DNA from: Laetmonice hystrix
Lineage: Eukaryota
NCBI GenBank assembly: GCA_965235115.1
Contig: OZ249445.1
Location: 14,818,001-14,882,000, forward strand
Direction of reading: 5' to 3'
DNA: 64,000 nt
Positions 48,301 through 61,761 of this stretch are shown here, piece after piece. Both the position numbers and the translations under genes were made by a program. Within the stretch, counting starts at the first letter, position 1, and the number at the start of each line of letters is the position of its first letter. The notes below the pieces were generated by a model. It had not been told where the DNA came from. It did no database searches and worked only from the letters and a program-made list of their open reading frames with translations.

Positions 48301-50593
48301 GATTCAAAGGCCGGTCGACACAGTCGGGCAGAAAGCGACAGTCGGGCAGAAAGCGACACACCCGGAGGGTGGAGGTGCTGGAAGAAAGCCGACTGGAAGA
48401 ATGGACCTGTCACGATAACATGTGTGCACACTTCACCTTGGGATGGCCTGAAACTTAAACCTTGTTTGTTTTGGAGCAGGTGCATATCGATTCAAACTCA
48501 TCGTCAGTGCTTCATCTTGAGCACCTGTCAGTGAGTCAACCCATATGTTACACACACCATATGGTAACTTCATGTCGGATGTGGGACTCTATATGGACTG
48601 GGATTTTTACTGTCATCACTGGATATACACAGTTACCATAATTATTATTCCATGAGATGTGGAGACTACTCGAGACAAAATATCCTTACAGAAGAGTCGC
48701 AGGTGCTTGTAACACATGCACGTGACATGTTGATTGGTTATATATTACCTGCCAAGAGGACTTAGTGCACATATTATCCAAGGAGCGACCAATCACATAT
48801 TGGCTTGATGTCCACATGACAGTACCTTGGGGGCAAAACAGTGACACCCAGTGACACTAGTCAGACCGAGCGTAGTCACTTCCAAGGAAGACACGGGGCG
48901 AGATAGGAGGAACTTTGTCAGGTAATGTAATCCTTAAAGTTCTGTTATAATATTTAAATGTATCCATGTTTGGTGTGTCCGGGTCAGTGTGTACGTGGGT
49001 GTGCATCGGAATGTTGGAATATTCAAAGATAAAATAAACAGGTTGGCATATTTTGGCATTTGTCCCTGGCAAAAACCACAGTGCTGCATTTTTAGATGGG
49101 TCATGTAAAGTAGTGAAACATTACCAGTAGCAAAATTGTATACTAAGTCTAGAATTTGCAAAAGCGATCCCAAAATTGGAGTGATTCACAGTTTGTCTAA
49201 TGCATATTACACTTCTTGAGCGACTTCAATACATATAAGCTAGGTGTTATTAAAATAGATTTACTTATTCCAAACTTTGTTGCATGAGATTTTGTGCTCC
49301 TTAAATAGGCATATTACGCTTAGATCTCATGCAAGATGTGACCACTTACACACGCAACGTCGTTCCTTATTAGGCATCCGTGTAGGATATATATTATTCA
49401 GACAAACTGCTAATTCACACTAGCCTGTCTGTGCTATAAGAAAGGTCCAGTGAACATTACTCTCAGAACACCTGCGTCCTGCTGGCGTCACATGCGGGCA
49501 TGGTTCAGTCTGGCCGGACTTTTGTTCGCATGTACCAATAGCACTGCCTAACTATAGGAATCTACGTTTTTGCCATCACATTTTGGGCGGCAATTAGCCC
49601 GCAGGCACGTCACCACATGGTCGTCTGGTAGTGACTTGTGCGCCGCTGACAATGGAGGATTTGTGTGCGACACTTTAAAAAAATACTTCCTAAAGGAGGA
49701 AAGGTAACGGTATGGGAAGCATATACGCCGACCTATCGGTACCTGAGAGGGTCGTTTGATGTGCAAGTATTGTTCCGGGTCGTTTTCCACCTAATGGAAG
49801 TGGAGATGTGATATGAGGATAGCGTGTAAATGGGAGTATTTTGTTACGCAAGATGTACACTGACGTTCAGTGAACGCTGTATGCATTAAGAGTGTGCGGC
49901 TACAGGAAGAAGACGACATTCTATAAGTAGCAGTCCCTTTCCATCTTCTTTACATAATCTGTAAACCACTGAAGAAAGCAAACAAGTACTTGAGACGTTT
50001 CAATCTCACTCGCACTTCGTGAACAGAATAACTGATAGCACATAATAAAGCAGGTTGCTTTAAAAACCTGAGACATCCTGAATTTTGGGAGGGTGATAAA
50101 TAACTAGTAAATGACACTGAAAGAAAGAAGGTTAATTGGCACCGTGCACTCGTGACGCCAGCAGGATGCACCTAAATACAAGAGCTCCTTTGACACTTTT
50201 TAGGTGGAGTGCGATAAATAAAAGCAGTAATTATGGTGCACTAACTATCGTGAAGAATATATGTGGAGACTCGAGAGAAGTAGAACAGAAGGCAAGTTGT
50301 TGCCTTCTGCTGAGCCTAACGAATCAAGGACAAGATGTAGAGCACAGACATTAGCCTGTTAATTCCAGCATGGTTAAGTGGTATAGCATAATATCATTAT
50401 TTCCCGTACTGTCCAGTAACGGACAGTTGAATGAAAGGTCTGTGGGGCTGGGACACGTAAACTGTAATGGAGATGACGTCACTGGGTCAGAAAATATAGG
50501 CATTATATGTAGGTATGAAAGAATCTATGGACATATAAACCATTATGACCAGTCACCATTCTGGTACGTTAAGGGCTACATGCGTGTTGAGGG

Positions 50594-50623
50594 TTGGTGG
50601 TGGTGGTGGTGGTGGTGGTGGTG
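50594..50623. repeat. (TGG)n microsatellite
   Basis: Direct reading. Confidence 0.9.
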
Positions 50624-51534
50624 GGGTCGTGGTCACCACCTGACATGTCCTCCAGGGCATTTACACCTTTCATTATGTGTCTGTGAGTTAATGTGTTTTC
50701 AGGGTGCACAGTGCGACACGTGTGAAGTATGCATGTCCCATCTGTCACCCGTAACCGATTTATATCTCAACCCGTCCTCCCGTTGGCCATTCCAAAGTCT
50801 CTTTCTCTCTCTCTCTCTCTCTTGACTCACACTTGTGTCTTTTCACGTACCCACATCACAGGATCAGGCCTAATCAGTAACATTCCCAGTGTACCATATT
50901 TCCCCAGGCTCCATGAGGTAAGACTAGCAGTCGCGCTGAGAGACTGTGTAAATACACAATCTGAACTGATCACAACCAGTTACACTGAGTTACGGTGTCT
51001 AATGGTCTCCATCAACACCCCCTGCTCCGTGCAAGCATTCACTCCGACATCATTGTGTTTCCTGGGCCGAGTGTTATGGTCCGTATTATAATGTCCCGGG
51101 GTGGGGGTCGTAGCCCACAGATATATACATTGAAGGGGTGGAGTGGGGGTGAACCATAATAACGAGTGGGACCTCTAGGATTTCTGCTCGCGGTCGTCAC
51201 AGTCACAAGGAATGTGGCACGTTTCTTTGTCATTTTTTGTACACTCCATGGGGCTCTAAACTTTATTTGTGTGGCCAGCCGGAGAGAGTGTTCCCCATCG
51301 AGGAGACGCCTTAGATTAATGAGAAATTTAGTCATTTGGAGCCAATAGATCAGCTGGAAGACAGTTGTCAAGTTTGATATTTTTAAAGTGCACGTAAACG
51401 GTAAAGGGACGTAATCCCTTTATTAGACAATTCAACTATAAGGAGGCCGCACAGACATTCCTCATTCAGTTAACTAACAACTATATGGACATCGATATTA
51501 TACGGTATAGGTAAACTGAGACAAGTTGAAGGTT

Positions 51535-52313
51535 TGCCAACATGTGCATGCATGTTGACCTGGCAGTGTTGGTCGGCACACAGACCTGCCAACATGTGCA
51601 TGCATGTTGACCTGGCAGTGTTGGTTGGCACACAGACCTGCCAACATGTGCATGCATGTTGACCTGGCAGTGTTGGTTGGCACACAGACCTGCCAACATG
51701 TGCATGCATGTTGACCTGGCAGTGTTGGTTGGCACACAGACCTGCCAACATGTGCATGCATGTTGACCTGGCAGTGTTGGTTGGCACACAGACCTGCCAA
51801 CATGTGCATGCATGTTGACCTGGCAGTGTTGGTTGGCACACAGACCTGCCAACATGTGCATGCATGTTGACCTGGCAGTGTTGGTTGGCACACAGACCTG
51901 CCAACATGTGCATGCATGTTGACCTGGCAGTGTTGGTTGGCACACAGACCTGCCAACATGTGCATGCATGTTGACCTGGCAGTGTTGGTTGGTACACAGA
52001 CCTGCCAACATGTGCATGCATGTTGACCTGGCAGTGTTGGTTGGCACACAGACCTGCCAACATGTGCATGCATGTTGACCTGGCAGTGTTGGTTGGCACA
52101 CAGACCTGCCAACATGTGCATGCATGTTGACCTGGCAGTGTTGGTTGGCACACAGACCTGCCAACATGTGCATGCATGTTGACCTGGCAGTGTTGGTTGG
52201 CACACAGACCTGCCAACATGTGCATGCATGTTGACCTGGCAGTGTTGGTTGGCACACAGACCTGCCAACATGTGCATGCATGTTGACCTGGCAGTGTTGG
52301 TTGGCACACAGAC
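51535..52313. repeat. 52-bp minisatellite, 15 nearly identical copies
   Basis: Unit GCCAACATGTGCATGCATGTTGACCTGGCAGTGTTGGTTGGCACACAGACCT; only two variant copies seen. Confidence 0.98.
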
Positions 52314-55300
52314 TATTTATCCGTCTACTTATCAAGGAGAGATATAGAAAGACATTTGTCATCTTTCCCTTGAACGCATCCTTTCAATGGGCATTATCTC
52401 AATATTTTGCGAGGGAACCACATATGATGGAAAGGATGTTACACATGACACAATCTTCATGATTCCAGTTTTCGAAAGGCTCTTGTATGGAATTCGGCAT
52501 TATGCATATCTAATTAGAAATCTTTGTATGTACATATAGGAATCTTTATAGAAGATTTAGACTAATGTCTGAACGCTTTTGTTAGTATAGGTTGATGATT
52601 CTAGAGTGAGACCACGAAGCACCGTTTGAACTCGCCATTTATTCACCATAAAGTTGGAGATGAAAGAGACACGATAGAACCTTAACAACCTTGGTGTGGT
52701 TTAGAAACAGATGGATTCGTACAAAACACAAAACGTATGCAATCGGTGCCTTGTCCTTGTGCCTCTTTGAACTGTGAGGTCCGTAATGGGTCAGTGCTTT
52801 CATTGCGACTTGTGATGTGAACAATAGGAGAACCGAGGGTGGTCAGGGATGGGTGAGGAAAATATAGCGGCAATTAGCGCCGTATACAATACCTTAATGG
52901 TGATTCTGCCAATCTAGTTCTAACCTTTGTTTTCATCTCCCACTGGGTTGGTTAATTGACCGTACTGTCTGCATGTGGAGATCACAGTAGTCAACAAGTA
53001 CCCGCACGACGTGTAGGGAGGACCGAGATCCTGCAGGTGTGTTTTGGGATATCTATCTGCGGTATACGCACAATTCATTACAAAGTTTCAAAGAATGTAT
53101 TCCGAGTGGTTGGGCTAATCCGTCCCATGTCGATTCATCCATTCGTTCTTGGATTCACTCCGTCCTCCACCCTCCCCCCGGTAATCCGTGCCACTTGATA
53201 CCGTACACCTGAGGGGGAATCCCTTTCTTCATATACCGCTCAAAGTGGTTCTCCCCATGCTCTCAATTATACCGCTCGGCCAACTTTGGCTAAAGACTTA
53301 AAGTCTACCGGGGAACATGTAAAGACCTTGAATTAAGTTCAATTATCGTGAAGACAGAGACGCGGGTCTGGTTAATCCCCCCGAGGATGACTTGGGAGAT
53401 AATCAGTTAAATAGATTTCAGTGTTACAGAAGGACCTAAATTTACCCGTATACGGTGGCGGGAAGTAGAACAACAGGCCCATACCTGACCGTAACGATAG
53501 CTGTCACATTGATTTTGGTCGGGACGTTTAGGATATTCTCCATCGTGGACAAAGTAACAGCAGGCGTCCCTTTAACAATTACTAACTGATATATTCAACA
53601 AAAATCAGAATTGAACCATGAGGCTCATACTGCTTTTTTCAGGTAAACATACCAACTCTCCAGGGGTATCGTATCTAATACTGCAATGAGTACGCCGTTT
53701 GTCTTGAGAAAAAGAGAAAAAAGGCCTAAGACTCGTGCGTTTCAACATAAATACAGTTAGGCTTTGTATACACACGAGGGTTGAAACGATCCAGGGGTTT
53801 TAATTCTGAAGGAGGGAAATGGGTCAAGTAAGTGCAGGCCAGAATGGGACGCCTGTAAATAAACACAAGTCACGTGACTACCTGAAGCAAAAGACTTGGG
53901 TATCCCGCGGCTGACAGATGGTTGGACGGTTTTTGAGACCGAGATTTTATATACAGGCCTTTTTCCAGGACTGAAAAACAAGTTGTTCTTAATGAACCGT
54001 TTGTTACTCTATAGCACTCTGGGTAACTCGATCATATTAACCCCCCCCCCCCCCGAAAATATCTGTCAGAGGAAGCTGACCATGTACGTAAGAGATTTTA
54101 AGAAAGTCGTTTTTTTTTAAAACGAGTGGGAATCTGATTATGATGGCTTCAGGTGGCCAGAGCCGGGGTGTAAAATCGCCATGAAGTCTCATTTTAGTAA
54201 TAAAGGTAGGCATATTTGACATTTATATTTTAACATTGTAATTAGGTGTGTAGCACCAGCTACAGCTGCACTCAGTTTTCATACAGGGTACAAATAGTGC
54301 ATCCTTTTTATTTCATAATTAAGAGATGTTGGCCTTGACCGGGTCTTGAGGGGATTTAGAACTTTGTCCTAATCTATGATCCCGGTCCGTCAATACGCCA
54401 TGGCAGGGTATAATAACGTCATGAGCCCACAATCTGATCAACATGGGTTATCCACAGATTAACACGATATGGTTTATGGATTTATACGGTCACTGTATAA
54501 AAGTGCAACAAAAAATAAAGGGGGCATATTGGTTTCTGAGTAGGTTTTTACGTTGCTGAGGTGATAACACATAGCCTACTTACTATCTTAGTGTAGATGT
54601 GCCAAGGTAAGGTTTTTGATTGAGATTGGTCTCGTACCATAATAATATCCATTTATATATCGCAGGTCATGTAATGGCAGTGGTCCAAATTCCACCACTG
54701 CTAGATTTGATTCACTTTTTCTCTTTATACGACCTACTTGCTGGTGATTTGAAGATGCATAGGCCTATTATACTATACATGGGTATCAAAGGGAAAGGTT
54801 GAAATGAGTTAAGATATGGATCAGGGACCTATCTGCAGTCTATACAGGACTGTTTGATACATTCAATGATTCGAGCCCATCACCACAAACTGTGAAAGGT
54901 TCACAATAATTCCGTTCTTTTTGTGACCAAAACCTCTGGCCACATCATGCAGGCTGGCGGAAGTCGTTTGACACCTGGAATTCAACTGATAAACCTGGAA
55001 GGGCTCAACCCTTGACTTGAAGAGATGAAAAGCGATAGAAGTGGCGGAGGTCCTTTAATTCAAGAGGGATTTAGCAGAGTCTCGGGCTTTATGTAGACTC
55101 CGGTGTAAGCCGACACGCACGACATGCATGGCTTTCATTCAAATGTTGACATCTGTCTAGAATAACGTGAGGTACGCTCTCTATGAACCTTTACTGCAGG
55201 AAACATTCCAGGACAAAATCTTCAGACGTATCAGTCGCCAGAGCAACCATGTAATGCACCCGTCCAGAGACGACACGTATAGAGCCGCCGCCACTCATTT

Positions 55301-58300
55301 GGCGGTTAGAGTGATAGGCAGCTAGATTTTAATCCCACTCATCATCAAGACGAAACCCAATCTACCTTGCTCAGCTTGAGATTGCAAGTAAAGAACAATG
55401 TAGGCGTCTAAAGATGGCAGAATTTATCTACATTATCAGAGAGTTTACCGGATGGGGCGCTTCTCCGGGTGCACACTCAGAGGAGTCCACGTACGAACGG
55501 TGGAGAAAGGCGCCAAAACTCTCAGTCACTGCATGGGTTCGTCTGCTTTCTCCCAATGTCCAACGACCTGTAAAAGTTGGGCGGCGCGCTCTTTTTATCC
55601 TTAGAGAGGTATCGTGCTGATTTGGACCCAGTTTGGGTTCTATGCATTCAATAGGAAGCATAGACCTCGTTAAAGAAAGTGTTGAAGAGGTCGAAAGGAG
55701 AGGGTAGATAGGGCCAAAAGAACAAATGGAACCAGTAGACCCCTAATTAATTCAAAGAAAGGGATGTTGAACCAGGGTGACATACTTGCCAGCGCAATAT
55801 TCCTGATCCGTCATCCACCATAGCTGAATGTTTGAACGCTCTCATAAATATGTTCAAGTCGGGATTGAATTGACATCTCGACCCGTCTGGTGTCGTTAAT
55901 GTTGACATACGGAGTGGTGGAGGTCGGTGGTGGCGAGGGTGACCAGGAGGTTGGTCTATAGTGGGGTTCTCCAATTGTCTACCGTTATATTCCTGGCCAA
56001 AGGTTAGCTCCAGTGGCCACAAGGTTGACGGTGCGATCTCGACGAGAGCGTCTTGGGTATAGGCATGGACAGTGTTAAATGCACCTGAAAGATATTATAC
56101 CCATTTTGGTCTTAAAAAGAAAACTTGTAGTGTAGTGTATATATATGAGGGGTGAACAAGTGCGTATATCTGATAGGGGTACGTTATTAGGCGTGACAAT
56201 CTTGTATAGAATGGAGCGGTCGACAAGAATTGCTGTGCAATCAAAATGGAGACTACCAAACTTACTTCACGCGTCGTTGATTTAACAAAATACAATTATT
56301 CTATCGTACCCGTCCAGGGGATATCTTCACACAGTAAAACCTATGTAAAGGTGTATTTGAATCGCGGGTATATCAGTAGTCATTTTATAGAAGGGGGCAA
56401 TCTGGCAATCTGGACCACTTTCCACTAGTTAATATTGTGCCGATAAAACGATAAAAGTGCAGGGCAGGCCATGAAGTCTTTTGATGATTGGTTCTTCAGC
56501 TTGTGGAAACATGAAAGGAATGTGAGCAGGACTGTTGTAAAGATAAAAAACGCCTCCCCTTGTTTGAAAATACAACAGTTCTATGTATTGACGTCTCTGC
56601 TTTGATACTGCATGGTGATTTGAAACATGACCAAGGATGTATTGGTATAACGAAAGGGTTCTTACAACTAAATTGCCTATAGGTGCATCCCTATAAAATT
56701 ATTGCAGTATGGTTACTATATTAAATAGTGAACAGCGCATACACTTTATGTAAATACTATAGCAAATGTAAACATCTATAGTCCTATCATAGTTCTAGTT
56801 TTTCCCTCTCATGTACGTGTACCCTAACACATAACAAACGTACATGTGTATATAATTGAATAGTGAGACAGACGGGGGATGAGAGAGAGAAAAACAGGGG
56901 GAAAGAGAAGTAGACAGGGGTAAAGAATCGTGGGAAAGTTAAATTTCGAAATGATCAAAAAATAATCACTTGATTATTTTGAGTTCCATATCTTTTAGAT
57001 GAGCTGTTGAATGAATTGTTGCTGCCGTCTGACCTACCCTTGTGAAAGGCTACTTAACACTAACTGCTCGTGACAGATACATTCTGTGATTAATGGCACG
57101 CATTCGTTATGAGCGCCGGCGTGCGTTATCAATATTAATATCCATAACGTGAATTTTCAACGAGGGTTGGCACGGAGACAAAAGGCTCGGGGTCAGGGAA
57201 ATGAGAAGAAATCAATGCACAGGTCAGAGGGTCGCGATCTGGGACCATTGTGGTCTTTATAAACTGAGGTAATCGGGATCCTGCATTCGGTCCGGGAAAA
57301 AACGATGGCATCAGAAGAAGTCATTCTATGGAAACACATCAAACAAACTATGTCGTTTGCTCGGCATGTTCAACGTTATTTAACAAGAAACCCTCATATA
57401 TTAACCATCGCCTCAGCCATTGTTCTATAGTCGCTAACTCAGAGGGGTTGGTCACGGGTTCATGGTTACATAACATTGTCCCGGACCCCGCGCCGGTTTT
57501 AATCAAAATAATGTTGTCTCTCATGCGTGACGATGTAATTTCATTTGTCAAGTGGATTCAAAATGACAAGTGTGCCGCTGCATTGTCCCCCTGGGAGAGA
57601 ATTGTGCATGGTTAGTGATGTCTGACCCAGCACAGATTCAGTTCAGTCGGGTTATAAAAACATCTGTGAACCTTACGAAACCTACCAGATCAACTGAAAG
57701 AGAATCTCTTTCAAATATTACTTTACAGTTATGAATTGACGTATTTGATGTTATACGTAATTAAGTTTAGAGATGGGTAAAAGATTGATGAATTCTTCTG
57801 GAATTAAATGTAAGGCAAAATGGTTGACCGGCTATAGCAAAGATCATTGTTTTCAGTGGCTATCAGTGATATTTCACCTATAGTTTTAGCAATGTTATTC
57901 CATCAAACCTCACAAGGGTATTCTTATATTGACCTTGACATGAGTGTATGATGAAAGTCGATACTTTATTTACGGTCACAAGAAGGTTTTGTATTACACT
58001 AACATTCCGTGGCAGCCAACCACGTCATACAGAAAACAACAGTGATATGTAAGGAGAACAATGTATCCGAAAGCTAAAGTGGAACCGTGACCAAAACACT
58101 GCAGACAGGTGAGTAATGGTTACGTGACATTCGGCAACTGTCCAGGTGTACAGTCTCTCCAGGGGCCCGCTCTATTAGTGGGCTTGTACTTTACGTCACA
58201 CCTGAATGTCTGTCATCTCGCTCTGTATTTCTAAAAGAACATCGAGACGTCGCGTTCTCTACGGGACGCGCGACAAGTCATGCGGCACGACGCCTCGTCG

Positions 58301-59046
58301 CGTCAGCTAATCGCTAAAAGTGTCGTACGAGTTACGATTATCGCTACTCAACGACTGAAATGGTCACGTTACGTGATGACGGTCTATTAAAGTAGAGATC
58401 AAAGGCGTCCAGGTAAGTAATCAGTACATGGGGCAGGGCCAAATGGAAGGGATTTATTTGAACAGTGCGAATGTCACCGGCCGACAAATTGCAACCTTTA
58501 ACGGGTTGATACGAGGATTGTGTCTGTGTAAGGGAGGTGTAACCTGTGTGTACAGAGTGGAGCTCACAATGATCAGTTCTTTATACACAGCTGTGGGCAC
58601 TCCGGCATCGGGCCAGTCTCTAACCACTTTATGACGAGTCAAGTATCACTCTGTGAACGACAGATATAGTATCAGTTGAAATGGTAACTTGTGAAAAGTC
58701 CATGTATTTGATATAAAATCCGGAGAGGCTGTATTCTGGGTGAATGTCAAGGTCAGGGCCAGATGCTTTGATCGGATTAATCCACCACTCTGAACATACA
58801 AATCCGACAGTAATCTGTAAGGATGCCACGGTAATCAATACGAGAGACCCGGAGAAAGTCCTCCATGGATTGCCTGGATGTCAGCACGCTCAGTCGCACG
58901 CGTATTTAAAAAGTACGTCGCACAATAATCAGTTGACGACTCTCTTCTGAACCATACAGAAAACATAGCATTGTATTGTAACATTGAAGTGTGGTCTTTT
59001 AACAACCGGCTCGCCTCATTAATGCTGGTTCAGCTTCTGCTCTCTA

Positions 59047-59187
59047 NNNNNNNNNNNNNNNNNNNNNNNNNNNNNNNNNNNNNNNNNNNNNNNNNNNNNN
59101 NNNNNNNNNNNNNNNNNNNNNNNNNNNNNNNNNNNNNNNNNNNNNNNNNNNNNNNNNNNNNNNNNNNNNNNNNNNNNNNNNNNNNNN
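59047..59187. other. Assembly gap (141 N)
   Basis: Run of N. Confidence 1.
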
Positions 59188-61581
59188 AGAGGTGTACAGG
59201 TATTGTCCCTTTAAGTCAACCCAAGTGCAGGTGGGCGCATACCCCAGCTCCGATTCCCAGGGGTGTAGGGGGTGGTGGACACACAATGGGTCTCACGCTC
59301 CAGGTCGCGCTAAAACACCCTTTTTATATCAACATGGCGTGCGCCCCGTAGGAGGGGGTGGGGGCGCGTCACCTCTAGTAGTGGAATCGATGACGCGTTA
59401 CCGTATATAGCCGTGGTCCGGTGGTTGGCCGTCAGTCTGTCAGTGGTAGACGGAAGGTCCACAACGTTTACAGGTGGGGTACGTTATACCTGAGGCTGGT
59501 CAGCACGGACAACTGCTTATACACGGGGCGCCTCCACATGGCCCGGGCGGCTGGGGCCAGCTACATTGTATGGAACTCCACCCAACCGTGGGTGGTGGGG
59601 AGATGATCCAGGTACTGACCATGCAAACACACAGGTCCAACACACATGGCAGGATGGTATGCAATTATTTTATTACTTTTTTTATCATGCACGGTCGGCG
59701 AGTTTTTGGTGTTTACTAGTTGCTTTTGTTTTAACGCGCGTGATACATTTTGTACATTGAAAAGGAAAAGGAACGGTCATAATTGAATTATCGGTTGTAC
59801 GTTTCTGCATGGATTGCTGTCAATCATAGCAATAGGCTATCTCACAAGTATAGGATTCGAATCAAATTATTCCTGATCTTTCTGCAAGCCGGTGATGGTT
59901 TCAATGAGGACCAGTGCGCATGTAGAATAGAAAGATGTCAATCCTACCCCAGGGACAAAACACTGGGTTGGCACAGCCCAATAAGCGCAAATCACACTGA
60001 GAAGTGGGCCACTTTAAATGGCTTGATCATGGTAACCTAATTTTGCGGTTTTACCGTCGGTATTGTCCAGTGCATGCCTACCTGTATCGACCCGTATTAT
60101 TGAAGATAGCCAGATCGGATAATTTATTTGATTATAGCGCCGGCAGAGAAATCTAAGGACAGGTTAAGTGGCCTGCGACCTGACCGCGAGTCGAGTCGCC
60201 CATTAAGGGTTGTTAACACCCACCCACCCCTCACGTTCAAGGAGAGAGCGGGTTGACGGCGCCGGCCAGGGACCGGACTGAAGGTCCGGGCTTGAAGGAA
60301 ATCGCAGAATCCTCTCAGACTTAATTCGGAACAAGCAGCTGTATTTTGTACATTTTCAACTTGTGTGCTGTATGTGTTTTCAACTTGTGTGGGATAATAT
60401 TATCTGCCAGGAGTATAATGGAGACAAAGTCACAGCCAATTCTGTTGTTGATACCGTATTTTCATGCATTCATGAAGATCATAAGAAAATAGGCCTCTAC
60501 AATGAACCTAGTAGTAAACATTGCCCCAGCCATCCTGGTAGTCGCATCTGTTCGCTGAGAACAAAACATTTGCGCTCAGACAAGGGAAACATTGTTGTGC
60601 ACAGTGTCCACTGGAGTGTGCCATGTGCCAGTACTACAGACTGGATTCATTGAACCGTCCCAGGAGGTCGACAACCACCTGCCGCCAGAACCTATAGACC
60701 TACCAGGTTTGAAACGTAAACTGTAACGTACATCAAATGAACCTTGCCACTTATACATATTTATAGCTGGTATTTAATCCCCCAACAACCTCCAAAATCA
60801 AGGACCCCCCCCCCCCTTCCACCCTATGGTACACACAGGGGGTACCAAGACGGACCGTGTCCAGTCTGCCAGGTCGAGGGGACGGACTATTGACTGACCA
60901 TGCTACAAACATCTGTCCGGGGAAGGCCAAGTAAAGGTTGTCTGTCCAGCAAAGAAAGGACTCATGTGGGCAACGGAAATGGGGCATAATAATGTGTATG
61001 CAGAGTATGCATTTGAGATAAAACTGTGGATTATCTACAAATATGTAAGTACTCGGTGCGGATTACGGGGCCTTGTGTTAGTGTGTGAGGAGGTCTCAAC
61101 GTACGCCATGTTTAGATCCTCCTGTTCTTCCTCTTCCTTCTCCTCCTGCCCCTCATCCTCCTTCTCCTCTCCTACTCCTCTTCCTATTATGTATCTTAAT
61201 CCCCAAATATTATGTTTACATTGGACATCCATGTACAGTTGTTGTACTGATTTCGATTGCGACTCCTCATGATACTAGAGATAATATATTATTATGTTTG
61301 TATACTGTATAGTGATGACGTATTGCACCTGCACATGGCCAGGACAAGTAGCATTATGTTGATTCTGTACCACTGTAGCAGACTTCTGTTTTTTCTGAAG
61401 TGTGATATAGCCCTTCATGTTTACATACGCTACATGGGTGACGCTATCAGCCCTGTCGTAGTGAGTAAACTAAAATCGAGATGCACTAAATGTCAGTACA
61501 TGCCAGTACAAGACCATGACTCACACCAACTGAGAGTCATCCGGTATAGACCCTACGAGACGGAAGTTGGCATGAACACTT

Positions 61582-61761
61582 CTCTTATATTGGTCAGGCA
61601 TGGCCCTTCATGACGTCACTAACGGGCTCTTATATTGGTCAGGCATGGCCCTTCATGACGTCACTAACGGGCTCTTATATTGGTCAGGCATGGCCCTTCA
61701 TGACGTCACTAACGGGCTCTTATATTGGTCAGGCATGGCCCTTCATGACGTCACTAACGGG
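61582..61761. repeat. 45-bp tandem repeat, 4 identical copies, each with a CRE and a CArG-like box
   Basis: Unit CTCTTATATTGGTCAGGCATGGCCCTTCATGACGTCACTAACGGG. Confidence 0.97.

Noticed and set aside
50370-50825. 151-aa ORF with a poly-Trp run
   Set aside because: Driven by the (TGG)n and (CT)n microsatellites; no credible splice context.
53150-56430. Stretches of nearly open frames suggesting decayed viral or Polinton-like genes
   Set aside because: No recognisable motif, and multiple stops in every frame; cannot be supported without a database search.
661-60817. Many G/C homopolymer runs of 10 nt or more
   Set aside because: Scattered with no consistent relation to features, and run lengths are unreliable in assemblies.
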